Both the position numbers and the translations under genes were made by a program. DNA of 64,000 nucleotides from an uncultured Chloroflexia bacterium (GTDB taxonomy: Bacteria > Chloroflexota > Limnocylindria > Limnocylindrales > CSP1-4). The stretch is from contig CAVUWG010000003.1 in the NCBI GenBank assembly GCA_963745295.1, positions 611,706 through 675,705 of the forward strand, written 5' to 3'. This document shows positions 43,898-54,472 of the stretch, piece by piece. Under the pieces are notes generated by a model that was given only the letters and a program-made list of their open reading frames with translations, made no database searches and was not told where the DNA came from. Position 1 is the stretch's first letter; each line of letters starts with the position of its first letter.

Positions 43898-45456
43898 CGG
43901 TCGAAGGTCCGGTCGCCGTCGGGGCACCGGATCGGCCGCCGCCCCGCCGTGGGTCGTGGTTGCCGATCCTCCTGTACCCCGCGGGGTTCCCCTTGAGCGT
44001 CATCATCCTGGTCTGGGCCGAGTCGGAGATCAGTCTCGTCGAGATCGTCCGCCCCATCGTGGCGGCCGTCGTCGCCTCGCTCGCGATGACGGTCCTGCTC
44101 GGTCGGCTGGCCAGGGACCGCCGACTCGGGGCGATGGCCGCATCGGCGATCTGGATCGCCCTGATCGTCGACCGCCCGGAGGCCCGACTGATCCTGGTGG
44201 CCGCCGCCATCGGTGTGGTCCTGATCGGCGGCCTCCGGCGGCAGGGCAGCATCGTTCGCGCGGGCGCCGTCGCGACCCGCCTGCTCGCGTTGATCGCGAC
44301 GATCGTCTTCGCGGCGGCTCTGCTTTTCGCCGTCGGCCGGCCCAGTTTCCTATCGGTCGTCGCGGAGCCTTTCCTCCCGTTGCCCGGACCCGCCGACCGC
44401 CCGCCGCCGTCGCCCCGGGCACCGGACATCTTCGTGTACCTCCTCGATGGATACCCGGGTGCAACGGCCGTCAGGCGCCTGTCCGGCCTGGATGCGGATG
44501 CGTTTCCGACGGCCCTCGAGTCGCGGGGGTTCACGGTCCACGACGACAGCCGGACCAACTACCTGATCACGAGGATCGTCCTCGCATCGATGTTCGAAGG
44601 GCGGCACATCCGGGACATCCCCGAGCTCGCGGCGCCGTTCGGGCCGGATCCTGCCGCCGACGCGCGTCGGCTGCGATCGGTCATGGCGCATGGGGCGATG
44701 CTGGCCGGGATCCGGGCCGCGGGCTATGACCTCGTGTGGGTGTCGTCGGGCTGGACCCACCTCGACATCCGCAACGTCGACCATCGGTTCGAGGCGCCGG
44801 GGCCAAACGAGTTCGAGATGGTGTTGCTGCGTCAAACGGCACTCGCGGACATCCTCCAGGCCGTGGACCCCAACGGCTTCGGGGACGTCATGCGCACGCG
44901 CATCGAGGCCGTCTTCCAGGCCGCCACGACCATCGCGGCAGAGCCGCACAGTCGGCCACGGTTCGTCCTCGTCCATGTCCCGGCACCGCATCCTCCATCC
45001 GTCCTTACCGCCGACGGCGGGCCGGAGGATGGCGACCCGGACTCGCGCTGGGACCAGGTCGGTCGGACTGGCCAGACGTCTGACGAGGACATCGCACGGA
45101 CGACCGGCCAGGTCCAGGCCATCGGCCAGATGACGATCGAGAGCGTCGACGCCCTGCGGTCCACCGCTCCGACGCCGCCGGTCATCGTGGTGTTCTCGGA
45201 CCATGGCACCGACGTCGGCTGGGATGAGGAGTCGCCGATGTCGTCCGACCTCGCCGAGCGAACGAGCACGGTCCTCGCGACCCTGACCCCGGGCCATCCC
45301 GATCTCTTCCGGCAGCCGACCACGCCCGTGAACCTCTTCGCCACGCTGGCGAACGCCTACGCGGGCACGAACGTCCCACCCCAGCCGGACGTCAGCTATG
45401 GCTTCGATGGATCGGTCCTGAACGTCATCCCGGTCGAGACGACCACGGGGAACTGA
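43894..45456 (+). CDS. Membrane-anchored alkaline-phosphatase-superfamily (sulfatase-like/LtaS-like) enzyme, paralog 1
   Basis: About 5 N-terminal TMs; PDIFVYLLDGY, NYLIT, HVPAPHPP and VFSDHG motifs. Confidence 0.75.
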   Translation: MTVEGPVAVGAPDRPPPRRGSWLPILLYPAGFPLSVIILVWAESEISLVEIVRPIVAAVVASLAMTVLLGRLARDRRLGAMAASAIWIALIVDRPEARLILVAAAIGVVLIGGLRRQGSIVRAGAVATRLLALIATIVFAAALLFAVGRPSFLSVVAEPFLPLPGPADRPPPSPRAPDIFVYLLDGYPGATAVRRLSGLDADAFPTALESRGFTVHDDSRTNYLITRIVLASMFEGRHIRDIPELAAPFGPDPAADARRLRSVMAHGAMLAGIRAAGYDLVWVSSGWTHLDIRNVDHRFEAPGPNEFEMVLLRQTALADILQAVDPNGFGDVMRTRIEAVFQAATTIAAEPHSRPRFVLVHVPAPHPPSVLTADGGPEDGDPDSRWDQVGRTGQTSDEDIARTTGQVQAIGQMTIESVDALRSTAPTPPVIVVFSDHGTDVGWDEESPMSSDLAERTSTVLATLTPGHPDLFRQPTTPVNLFATLANAYAGTNVPPQPDVSYGFDGSVLNVIPVETTTGN

Positions 45457-45653
45457 GGACCGACGACCCGGTCCGGAACACGCCGTCGGCGCCGTCTTCG
45501 GCCCGTCTGCTGGCGAGGGACAGGACCATCGGGGGATGCGGCCGTCGGACCTCCGTCCGCCATGATGCTCACACCAACAAGTTGCGCGAGCGCACCACGT
45601 CCGACACGCTGTCGCCGGGCGCTGCGACATGCCATGTGCGGAGGAATCATCGA

Positions 45654-45833
45654 GTGCTTCATCTTCTCGCCTACATCGACCCGGGTTCCGGGAGCCTGAT
45701 CATCCAGGCCGTGATCGCGACCGCGATCGCCGTACCGCTGTTCTTCCGCCACCAGCTCGCCCGGCTGATGCAGGCCGTTCGTGGCCACGAACAGACCGGC
45801 ACGCCGCCCGAGCCGACCGACCACGGGGCCTGA
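45654..45833 (+). CDS. Small single-TM protein with AYIDPGSGS motif
   Basis: GGAGG RBS then GTG; MLHLLAYIDPGSGSLIIQAVIATAIAVPLFFRHQLAR... Confidence 0.7.
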   Translation: MLHLLAYIDPGSGSLIIQAVIATAIAVPLFFRHQLARLMQAVRGHEQTGTPPEPTDHGA

Positions 45834-47427
45834 CCAGCCTCTCGACGTCGACGTCGAGGTCGACGTCGAGGGGTCGTCCCCGGCAACCTCTCGCGTCCCG
45901 GAACGGCGCCGCCGATGGTGGCCCGAACCGACGCATCGCCCGTGGTGGCGCGTCCCGCTCTATCCGGCGACGTTCGGCGTGGCGCTCGTCCTGCTGACAT
46001 GGAGCGGTGCCGGGCTGGACCCGGCGCTGGCATTGCGGCCGTTGCTGTTCTCGATCCTCCTTGCGACCGCAGCGTCGCTTGCCTTCGCTGCTCTGCTGGA
46101 CGATCCGGATCGTGGTGGCCTGCTCAGCGGCGTCCTGATGCTGATCCTCGTGACATCCGACGACCTGCTCGCCATCGTCCTCGGTGCGGCCGGGCTGATC
46201 ATCGTCGTCGAAGGCATCGCTCGTCGCGGCCGGCCGACGTTGGTCGCCGTGCTTGCCACGAGACTGCTCTCCATCGTCTGCGTCATCCTGCTTGCGGTGA
46301 TCACGATCGGCTTGGTCCAGGATGGGACACTGGCCGCGTCGATCGACGACCTGACGCAGCCAGGGTTGCCCGATCGCGGCCAGGCGATGCCAGGTTCGCC
46401 CGATATCTACGTGCTGCTCCTCGACGCGTACCCAGGCGACCGGATCGCTCGACGGGGGACGGCGTTCGACGCGAACGCCCTGCCGAGCGCCCTGGAGGCC
46501 AAGGGCTTCGGTGTCGTACGTGACGCGCATTCGAACTACCTGCTCACCCCGACGACCCTGGCCTCGATGCTGTCCATGGAACACATCGTCGACATCCCCG
46601 CCCTGTCTGCCCCGTTCGGGCCACGGGACCGGGATTGGCGGCGCCTGCGCCACGTGATCAATGCGAACAGGGCATTCGCGACGCTTCGCGAGCACGGATA
46701 CACGACGACGACCATCGATGCCGGGTTCGCGCACGCACAGGTGCGTCGGGTGGACCGGTACATCGAGCAGCCGCAGCCGATGGAGCTGGAGAACCTCCTC
46801 CTCGGCGAGACGCGTCTGCACGACCTGATCGAGGCGGTCGCGCCCGGAACCAAGGCCCAGCTGGCGCGCGACCGGATCACCGGCGAATTCGCGGCTGTCA
46901 CCGCCCTCGCCGCCGAGCCACACGACGGCCCGCGCCTGGTCTACGTCCATATCCCGACGCCGCACCCACCATGGGTCTTCGAAGCCGATGGCCGCCCCAG
47001 GAACCCTGAACGCGTGTCGCTCACCGGGGAGGACGGGCTGTCGACGCAGGCCGCGCTCGACCTTGGGTTCGCCCAGGCCACGCACATCGCCTCGATGACC
47101 GAGGACGCCATCGACGCGATCCTGGCGACGTCCAAGGAACCGCCGGTCATCGTCGTCTTTTCCGACCATGGACCGGGCGGACCGTTCAGCACCGTCGACC
47201 CATTGAGCTCCGACATCCCGAGCCGCGCGAGCAGCTTCCTCGCCGTGCTCAGCCCGGGCCACCCGGAGTTGCTCGCCGACCGACCATCGCTGGTCAATCT
47301 CTTCAATCGGCTCTTCACGGCGTACCTCGGCGCGGCGCCGCGGCGGCTTCCGGACACCATCTGGGCGTGGCGGGAGTCGTACGTGGATGTCGTCGAGGCA
47401 GGACCATTCGAGGGATGGCCGCCATGA
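45781..47427 (+). CDS. Membrane-anchored sulfatase-like/LtaS-like enzyme, paralog 2 (start uncertain)
   Basis: PDIYVLLLDAY, NYLLT, HIPTPHPP and VFSDHG motifs. Confidence 0.75.
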   Translation: MATNRPARRPSRPTTGPDQPLDVDVEVDVEGSSPATSRVPERRRRWWPEPTHRPWWRVPLYPATFGVALVLLTWSGAGLDPALALRPLLFSILLATAASLAFAALLDDPDRGGLLSGVLMLILVTSDDLLAIVLGAAGLIIVVEGIARRGRPTLVAVLATRLLSIVCVILLAVITIGLVQDGTLAASIDDLTQPGLPDRGQAMPGSPDIYVLLLDAYPGDRIARRGTAFDANALPSALEAKGFGVVRDAHSNYLLTPTTLASMLSMEHIVDIPALSAPFGPRDRDWRRLRHVINANRAFATLREHGYTTTTIDAGFAHAQVRRVDRYIEQPQPMELENLLLGETRLHDLIEAVAPGTKAQLARDRITGEFAAVTALAAEPHDGPRLVYVHIPTPHPPWVFEADGRPRNPERVSLTGEDGLSTQAALDLGFAQATHIASMTEDAIDAILATSKEPPVIVVFSDHGPGGPFSTVDPLSSDIPSRASSFLAVLSPGHPELLADRPSLVNLFNRLFTAYLGAAPRRLPDTIWAWRESYVDVVEAGPFEGWPP

Positions 47428-49001
47428 GCACCCCGACTGTCGACGCCGCGGACACGCCCGCCCGCCGGGGCGTGGCGCTCTACCCGGTCGGGCTCGCGGT
47501 CACGCTCGTGGCCGTCCTCGTCAACGTCGGTGGCGTCAGCCCGTTCGCGGCCGTCCGCTCGTTGATCGTCGCCGTGATCGCCGCCCTGCTGCTTTCCTTG
47601 CTCGGCCGGGCCGTGTTCCGCGACCGCGAGCGCGGTGGCTTTGCCGCGGCCCTGTGGGTCCTCGCACTCCTCGGTGGCGACGACCCGCGCCTGACCCTGC
47701 TGGTGGTCGCGGCGACGGCGCTCCTGCTCGCCGAGCGCTACCTCGTCCCGATGTCGCGCCAGACCATCCGCTGGTCGCGGATCTCCCTCATCTTCTCCCG
47801 GTTGGTCGTGGTCTTCGCCCTGGCCGTCGCGATCCAATCGATCCAGACCGGTTCGCTCGGCCGGGCGATCCGGTCCCTGACGCACGAGACACCGCTGCGA
47901 CCGGCCGTGGCGTCTGACGCCGCGGATCCCGGGGACCCGGACATCTACATGCTCCTCCTCGACGGACACGCGAGAGCGGACGTGGTCTCGGAGGTCTTCG
48001 GTGTCGATGGCTCCGTGTTCACGCGAGCGCTCGAAGGCGACGGCTTCTCGGTCGCGCCCCGAAGCCGTTCCAACTACACCCAGACCGGCGAGACCCTCAC
48101 CTCGATGTTCAGCCAGGAGCAACTCAAGGACGTCCCGCGGATGGCCGACCTGTTGGCGGTGACCGAGGACGAGCCGCCCGGCAGCATCGTCCGGGACGTC
48201 ATCAACGACAACGTCACGTGGACCTTCCTGCGCGACCGCGGATATGAGATCAACTCGGTCTCGTCCGGCTTCGAGCAGGTCGCCCTGCGTGAGGCAGACC
48301 GGTTCGTGGACACGGGTCAACTCAATGAGTTCGAGCTCGTGATGCTCAAGCGGTCGATCGTCGGCCGTCTGCTCGAGGGACTCGCACCCGACGCGGTCAG
48401 CGCCCAGCAACGGGAACGGATCCAGGCCAACTTCGATGCCCTTGCGACCGCGCCGTCCTGGATCGGCGCGGGGCCACAGTTCGTGTTCGCCCATGTCCCG
48501 AGCCCGCATCCGCCGTGGGTCTTCAACGCCGATGGTTCACCGCGGACCGTCCCGCTGGGCGAATGGCTCGCGGAGACGCCGGCCTCGACCGGGACGACCC
48601 TCGAGGAGCTGAAGCTCGGCTACGCCGCGCAGGTCGCCGATTCCGACCGTCGGTTGCTGGCTGCCTTGCCCAGGCTCGATGCGGCGATCGCCGCCCGCGG
48701 CCGGCCCGCGGTCGTGGTCATCTTCTCGGACCACGGATCGTGGATCGGCGCCGACGGCGGGGACATCCGATTGCGATTCAAGAACCTGCTCGCGATCCGG
48801 TCCACGGACGGCACGGTGCAGCTCGAGCCGAACCTGACCTTGGTCAACCTGTTGCCGAGCCTCTTCCAGCAGCTCTTCGGAACCGAATGGGTGCGCCGCG
48901 CGGACACCGAGTACCGCTTCGGCGAGCGGAGCGCCTTCGAGCTGATCGAGGTGGACGACCCGGACGGCGCGGACGACCCGGACCCTGCGGCCAGCCCGTA
49001 G
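47424..49001 (+). CDS. Membrane-anchored sulfatase-like/LtaS-like enzyme, paralog 3
   Basis: PDIYMLLLDGH, NYTQT, HVPSPHPP and IFSDHG motifs; ATGA overlap with paralog 2. Confidence 0.75.
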   Translation: MSTPTVDAADTPARRGVALYPVGLAVTLVAVLVNVGGVSPFAAVRSLIVAVIAALLLSLLGRAVFRDRERGGFAAALWVLALLGGDDPRLTLLVVAATALLLAERYLVPMSRQTIRWSRISLIFSRLVVVFALAVAIQSIQTGSLGRAIRSLTHETPLRPAVASDAADPGDPDIYMLLLDGHARADVVSEVFGVDGSVFTRALEGDGFSVAPRSRSNYTQTGETLTSMFSQEQLKDVPRMADLLAVTEDEPPGSIVRDVINDNVTWTFLRDRGYEINSVSSGFEQVALREADRFVDTGQLNEFELVMLKRSIVGRLLEGLAPDAVSAQQRERIQANFDALATAPSWIGAGPQFVFAHVPSPHPPWVFNADGSPRTVPLGEWLAETPASTGTTLEELKLGYAAQVADSDRRLLAALPRLDAAIAARGRPAVVVIFSDHGSWIGADGGDIRLRFKNLLAIRSTDGTVQLEPNLTLVNLLPSLFQQLFGTEWVRRADTEYRFGERSAFELIEVDDPDGADDPDPAASP

Positions 49002-49011
49002 ACTTCCCGGC

Positions 49012-49812
49012 GTGTCCGCCGCCGACAGCCTGACCATCGTGTTGCCCGCCTACGACGAGGCGGAGCGGATCGGCCCGGCGCTCGACGAATTGTTCGGCTA
49101 CCTCCGCCGTCGTGGCGACCGTGCCCGCGAGGGCTCGCCCGGTGCGGCCGGCCTGCCGGAGCGGATCGATGTCCTCGTCGTCGACGACGGCAGCACCGAC
49201 GGGACGGCGGACCTGGTCCGGTCCCGGCCCGAAGCGACGACCGAGGGGATCGTCCGCCTCGGCGTCCTGACGGTCCCGCACGGTGGCAAGGGCGCGGCCG
49301 TTCGCGCCGGCATGCTGGCCGCCGAAGGTGATCTCGTCGTCTTCGCCGATGCCGACATGGCCACGCCGCCCGACCAGCTGCCGCTGCTGGTCACGGCCCT
49401 GGCCGATCACGACGTCGCGCTCGGCTCCCGGATCCAGGCCGACGGCTCCGACATGCGCGCGAGCCAGCCGACCTACCGGCGGATGCTCGGGCGGGCCTTC
49501 CACCTCCTGGCGTCGGCCTGGGTCGTGGGCCCGGTCAAGGACACGCAATGCGGGTTCAAGGGGTTCACGCGGGAAGCCGCCCGGGACCTCTTCGAGCGAC
49601 AGCGGATCACGAGCATCGTGTTCGACGTCGAGCTCATCTATCTCGCTCGACGCCGTGGCTACCGCCTGGCGATCGTCCCGATCCACTGGTACGACCGGCG
49701 AGGCTCGCGGATGCGCGCTCGACCGGGCCTCGCGCTCCGCGTCGCGTGGGACCTGTTCCGGATCCCGCTCGTCCATCGCGCCGACGGCCGGGGCGCTCGC
49801 CGGTCGACGTGA
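49012..49812 (+). CDS. GT2 polyprenyl/dolichyl-phosphate glycosyltransferase (DPG-synthase-like)
   Basis: LPAYDE, VDDGSTD, GKGAAVRAG, FADADMATP, DTQCGFK and FDVEL motifs. Confidence 0.9.
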   Translation: MSAADSLTIVLPAYDEAERIGPALDELFGYLRRRGDRAREGSPGAAGLPERIDVLVVDDGSTDGTADLVRSRPEATTEGIVRLGVLTVPHGGKGAAVRAGMLAAEGDLVVFADADMATPPDQLPLLVTALADHDVALGSRIQADGSDMRASQPTYRRMLGRAFHLLASAWVVGPVKDTQCGFKGFTREAARDLFERQRITSIVFDVELIYLARRRGYRLAIVPIHWYDRRGSRMRARPGLALRVAWDLFRIPLVHRADGRGARRST

Positions 49813-50894
49813 CCGCGACGCTCGACGCGCCCCGGCTGGCCCGGACGGCGCTGCCGGTCGTCGCGATCGTCGTCTTCGCGGCCGTGGTCGGGGCGACCGT
49901 CGCGGTCGCCGGCGACACGCGAGGCTACGACTTCCTGGCCTATCACCAGGCCGCGGTCCGCCTCCTCGATGGTCAGCCGGTCTACGACCTCGGGTTCGAG
50001 GCGAGTGGGGCGTTCGGGCTCTTCTACTACCCACCGACGTTCGTGCCGATCATCGCGCCGTTCGGCCTGCTCTCCGCGACGACGGCCGTCTGGGTCTGGA
50101 CCGGGCTGCTGATCGGGGCGTTCCTGCTCGGGGTCGCCATCCTGCCCGTGTCGACCACCGTGCGCTGGTGGATCGTGCTGCTCGCCGGCCTGTCGTGGCC
50201 GTTCGTCTACGCCGTCAAGCTCGGTCAGGTCGGGCCCCTGTTGTTCCTGTGTTTCGCGTTCGGGTGGCGCTGGCTCGACGACCCGATCCGCGTCGGTCTG
50301 GCCGGAGCGCTCGGGGCGGCCATCAAGCTCCAACCCGGCCTCATCCTCGTCTGGGCGCTCCTGACCGGGCGATATCGGGCGGTCGTCGCGGGCGGGGTCG
50401 CCCTGCTGGCCCTCGCCGCCGTCGCGACGCTCATCGCCGGTCCCGGGTCGTGGGGCGACTTCATCACCCTGGTCCGCCGGGTCAGCGATCCGATCACGAC
50501 GCCGCACAACTTCACGCCCGGGGCCATCGCCTACCAGCTCGGCCTCGCGGCGGATGTCGCGTCGATCGTCCAGCTGGTGAGCTCGGTCCTGGTCCTCGTG
50601 GTCGTCGTGGCGGCGGCACGGCTGTCGTCCGCGGAGGCCTCGTACCTCGCCGCCGTCATCGCCAGCCAGCTCCTCTCCCCGATCCTCTGGGACCATTACG
50701 CGATGCTGTTGCTCCTGCCGGTCGCCTACCTGCTCGCGGCCGGCCGCTGGTGGGCACTGCTCATCCCGCTCGCGACGGCCGTCCCGGTGATCGGGATCAC
50801 GCCGGCGATCGTCTACCCGATCGCCTTCTGGGTCGCCCTGCTGGCCGTGCTGTTCGTCGGGGCCAGGGCACGGACACAAGAGCTCGCCGGGTGA
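49809..50894 (+). CDS. GT87-like GT-C glycosyltransferase
   Basis: YDFLAYHQAA, FYYPP, LGQVG, IKLQP and SPILWDHY motifs. Confidence 0.82.
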   Translation: MTATLDAPRLARTALPVVAIVVFAAVVGATVAVAGDTRGYDFLAYHQAAVRLLDGQPVYDLGFEASGAFGLFYYPPTFVPIIAPFGLLSATTAVWVWTGLLIGAFLLGVAILPVSTTVRWWIVLLAGLSWPFVYAVKLGQVGPLLFLCFAFGWRWLDDPIRVGLAGALGAAIKLQPGLILVWALLTGRYRAVVAGGVALLALAAVATLIAGPGSWGDFITLVRRVSDPITTPHNFTPGAIAYQLGLAADVASIVQLVSSVLVLVVVVAAARLSSAEASYLAAVIASQLLSPILWDHYAMLLLLPVAYLLAAGRWWALLIPLATAVPVIGITPAIVYPIAFWVALLAVLFVGARARTQELAG

Positions 50895-52114
50895 CCCGAC
50901 GATTCGATCGCGAGGCCCTGCTGGGACTTGCCATCACCGGGGTATCGGCGCTCATCTACTGGCTCGCGAACCGCCAGTTCGATGCCGGTCGTGGCGACTT
51001 CTTCTACCTCGCGGACTCGTTCCTCCACGGTCATACGTGGCTGGACATCGTCCTCGGCCCCTATGACGTCATCCACATCGGCCGCCACTTCTACGTGCCG
51101 TTCGCCCCCTTCCCGGCCGTGGCGTTGATGCCGCTTGTCGCGCTCGTCGGACCCGTCACCGCGGACCAGTGGGAATCCGGTGTGAACGCGCTCCTCGCGG
51201 CTGCCGGCGTCGGCATGTGCTGGTGGCTGCTCGGCCGGATCGGTGCGGTCCGGCGGAGCGACCGGATCTGGCTGACGGTCCTGTTCGGCTTCTCGACCCA
51301 GATCCTGTGGGTGACGACCCGCGGCGGCGTCTGGCACACCGGACATCTCATCGCGACGATCCTGACTCTGGCGTGCCTCATCGAGCTCTGGGGACGCCAG
51401 CGCGCCTTCTTGATCGGGCTGCTGGCCGGCGCGGCATTCCTGACACGTGCCCCCCTAGCGCTTGCGATCCCGTTCTACGCGCTCCTGCTCGACCCGAGAC
51501 CGGCCATCGCGGCCGTGACGGTCCCGGGCGGGTACCTGGCGCGCACGCGGGCCTTTCCCTGGCGCTCTTGGGTCTGGCTCGGCCTCGGCGCGCTGCCGGC
51601 GGTCGTCGCCTTCTTCGCCTACAACCAGATCCGGTTCGGGACGCCGCTCGAGTCGGGCTACGCGCTGGCCACCCTCCCGCCGTTCCTCCAGGCGCTACGC
51701 GACCAGGGCCTCTTCGCGATCAGCCACATCCCGATGAACCTGGACCTGCTGTTCCTCCATCTGCCACGACCGATCGCGACGTTCCCGTTCTTCATGCCCG
51801 ACGGCCTGGGTCTGTCCATCTTCCTGACCAGCCCGGGCCTCCTGTTCGCGGTCCGGGCGGACTGGCGAGCACGCCGTGCCTGGCTGCTCCTCGGGGCCAC
51901 GATCGCGGTCCTGATCCCGACCCTGCTCTACTACGGTGGCGGCTGGCTCCAGTTCGGCTACCGATACTTCCTCGACTCCGTCCCGTTCGTCATCGCCCTG
52001 TGCGGCCTGGCTGCCGTCCACCGCGGCACGGTCGGGACGGGCTGGCGTGCGTTGATCGCGGTCGGGGTCGTCGTCAACGCCGTTGGTGTCTACTGGGCGT
52101 ACAACCTTCGATGA
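50891..52114 (+). CDS. Polytopic membrane protein, probable GT-C glycosyltransferase
   Basis: DFFYLADSFLHG, YVPFAPFPA, YNQIRFGTPLESGY and QFGYRYFLD motifs. Confidence 0.62.
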   Translation: MTRRFDREALLGLAITGVSALIYWLANRQFDAGRGDFFYLADSFLHGHTWLDIVLGPYDVIHIGRHFYVPFAPFPAVALMPLVALVGPVTADQWESGVNALLAAAGVGMCWWLLGRIGAVRRSDRIWLTVLFGFSTQILWVTTRGGVWHTGHLIATILTLACLIELWGRQRAFLIGLLAGAAFLTRAPLALAIPFYALLLDPRPAIAAVTVPGGYLARTRAFPWRSWVWLGLGALPAVVAFFAYNQIRFGTPLESGYALATLPPFLQALRDQGLFAISHIPMNLDLLFLHLPRPIATFPFFMPDGLGLSIFLTSPGLLFAVRADWRARRAWLLLGATIAVLIPTLLYYGGGWLQFGYRYFLDSVPFVIALCGLAAVHRGTVGTGWRALIAVGVVVNAVGVYWAYNLR

Positions 52115-54408
52115 GCGACACGACGCGAAGCTCCACCGGCAGCACGATCGCGGTCCTGGCCATCTTCGTCCTGTCCGGGGCGGCGGGCCTGATCTACGAG
52201 ATCGTCTGGTCGCGCCAGCTCGTCCTCGTGTTCGGCAACACGACCCAGGCCGTGTCGGCCATCCTGACCGGCTTCTTCGGCGGCATGGCGATCGGCGCGG
52301 CCGTCGGCGGCCGGATCGCCGATCGGGTCCGGTCCCCGCTCCGGATGTACGGGATCCTCGAACTCGTCCTGGTCGCGGTCGTCCTGGTGACACCGATCTC
52401 GTTCCGGCTCATCCACGAGGTCTACCGGGGGATCTACCCGAGCCTGGAGAGCACACCGCAGCTGCTCGCGCTCGTGCGGCTGGTCCTGGCGGTCGCGGCC
52501 CTCGCCCCGGCGACGATCCTCATGGGCGCGACGTTCCCGAGCCTCACCCGCTACCTCGCCCGCACGAGCGCGCTCAGCCGGGCGTTCGGCCGGCTGTACG
52601 CGGCGAACACGCTCGGGGCCATCGCCGGGACGCTCGCGGCCGGGCTCGTCCTCATCGAGATCTTCGGGCTCGGCGGCGCGCTGGCCATCGGGGCAGGCTG
52701 CTCGGCGATCGCGGGGATCGGGGCCCTGTGGCTGGCGCGCGGCGACGGCAGGGACCCCGCACCGGCCACGGTGACGGCGGCCAGTCCGGCGCCGCCACGC
52801 GTCCCCGCGCGCCGGCACCGGCGTCCCGCCGGTCGGCGCGTCGGCTCGCGCTCGTCATCGCCTTCGTGTCCGGGCTGACGTCGCTCGGCTTACCAGGTGA
52901 CATGGACGCGGCTCCTGGCGTCGGGCACCGGCAACACGACGTACGTGTTCACGGTCATCCTCGCGATCTTCCTCGCCGGCATCGCGATCGGGGCGATGAT
53001 CTTCAACCTCGCCCGACCGCACCTGCGCGACCCCGTCCGCCTGCTGGCGATCACCCAGATCGTGGTCGCGGCCCTGGCGCTCATCGGCTTGCTTGGCGTC
53101 CTGGGCCGGCCGGAGACCCTCGACCCGGGCAAGCCGATCGAAACGCTCCGGGCCCTGTTCGGGAGCGCCGTGCTGGTCGTGCTGCCGGTCACCATCGTGC
53201 TTGGCATCGCGTTCCCGACCGCCGCGGCGCTCCTGCGCGACCAGGCCTCGGAGGCCGGGGCGGAGTCCGGCTCGCTGCTCGCCTCCAACACGAGCGGGGC
53301 CATCCTCGGCAGCCTGCTCGTGCCGTTCATCCTGATGCCGACCGTGGGTTCGCCGTGGGTCATCGTGATCCTCGCGGCGATCAATGCATCCCTCGGCATC
53401 GGCCTGGCACTGATCGGGCGTCCGCGCCGTCTCGAGACGGTCGTCGTCGGGGCCGGCGTGCTGGCGATCGTCGGCCTCCTCGTCCTCCGGCCCAGCACCG
53501 TCGTCCAGCCGAACGAGGCGTTCATCCTCGAAGCCGGCGGCCAGATCTTCGCCTCGACCGAGGACGAGATCGCGTCCGTCCAGGCGGGCCAGATCCGCGC
53601 GACACCCGAGTTGTGGGTGGCGGGCACGTCGATGACCCTGCTGACCGTCGATGCCAAGCTCATGCCGATCCTGCCGCTCATCGCCCGGCCGGCCTCGGAG
53701 CGGGCCCTGGTCGTCGCGTTCGGGATGGGTACGGCGTTCCGCTCGGCGCTCATCGCGGGGCTGCGGACCGATGTCGTCGAGCTGGTGCCGTCCGTGCCGG
53801 ACATGTTCGGCTACTACTACCCGGACGCGGCCACGGTGCTGGCCGACCCGGACGGACGGGTCGTCATCGCCGATGGGCGGAATCACCTCGAGCTCACCAC
53901 CGAACGGTTCGACATCATCCTGACCGACCCGCCGCCGCCGATCGAGAGCTCGGGCGCCTCGGTCATCTCCTCGCTCGAGTACTACCAGGCCGGCCGCGAC
54001 CACCTGACCCCGGGCGGCGTGATGATGCAGTGGGTCCCGTACGGCGCGCCCCTGGCCGATTTCCAGGAGCACATCCGGACCTTCGCCTCCGTCTTCCCGA
54101 ACGTCGCACTGGTGAAGGGCGCCGGCGGGTACGGCGCGTACATGCTCGGCTCATCCGATCCGATCGCGTTCGAACCCGATGCCATCCGCGCCATCCTGGC
54201 CAGGCCCGGCGTGCTCGAGGACATCTCGACCGCGTACGACTCGCCGGCATCCACGGTCGACGAGTGGATCTCGGTGATCGGCCAGCAGGAGTGGCTCGCC
54301 GGGCCCTTGGTCAGTGTCTTCGCGGGTGATGGTCCACTCATCACGGACGACCGCCCGCGTCCCGAGTACTTCCTCCTCCGTCGCCTGTCCAGCGGCACGG
54401 ATCGTTGA
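52111..54408 (+). CDS. Fused membrane (MFS-like)/spermidine synthase family protein (frameshifts near 52800-52890)
   Basis: SGAAGLIYEIVWSRQL...FGNT, LYAANTLGAIAG, then SAM-fold VAFGMG, VVELVP, DGRNHL and FDIILTDPPP. Confidence 0.85.
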
Positions 54409-54472
54409 GCGTGGATCCCCATCACGTTGCCGCCGCAACCACCTTCGGCAACCCGATGCTATCCTCGGCCCG

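Noticed and set aside
49283-52114. 943-aa giant ORF
   Set aside because: The N-terminal part is an Arg/Pro-rich alternative frame over GT2 and GT87; the real gene starts at GTG 50891.
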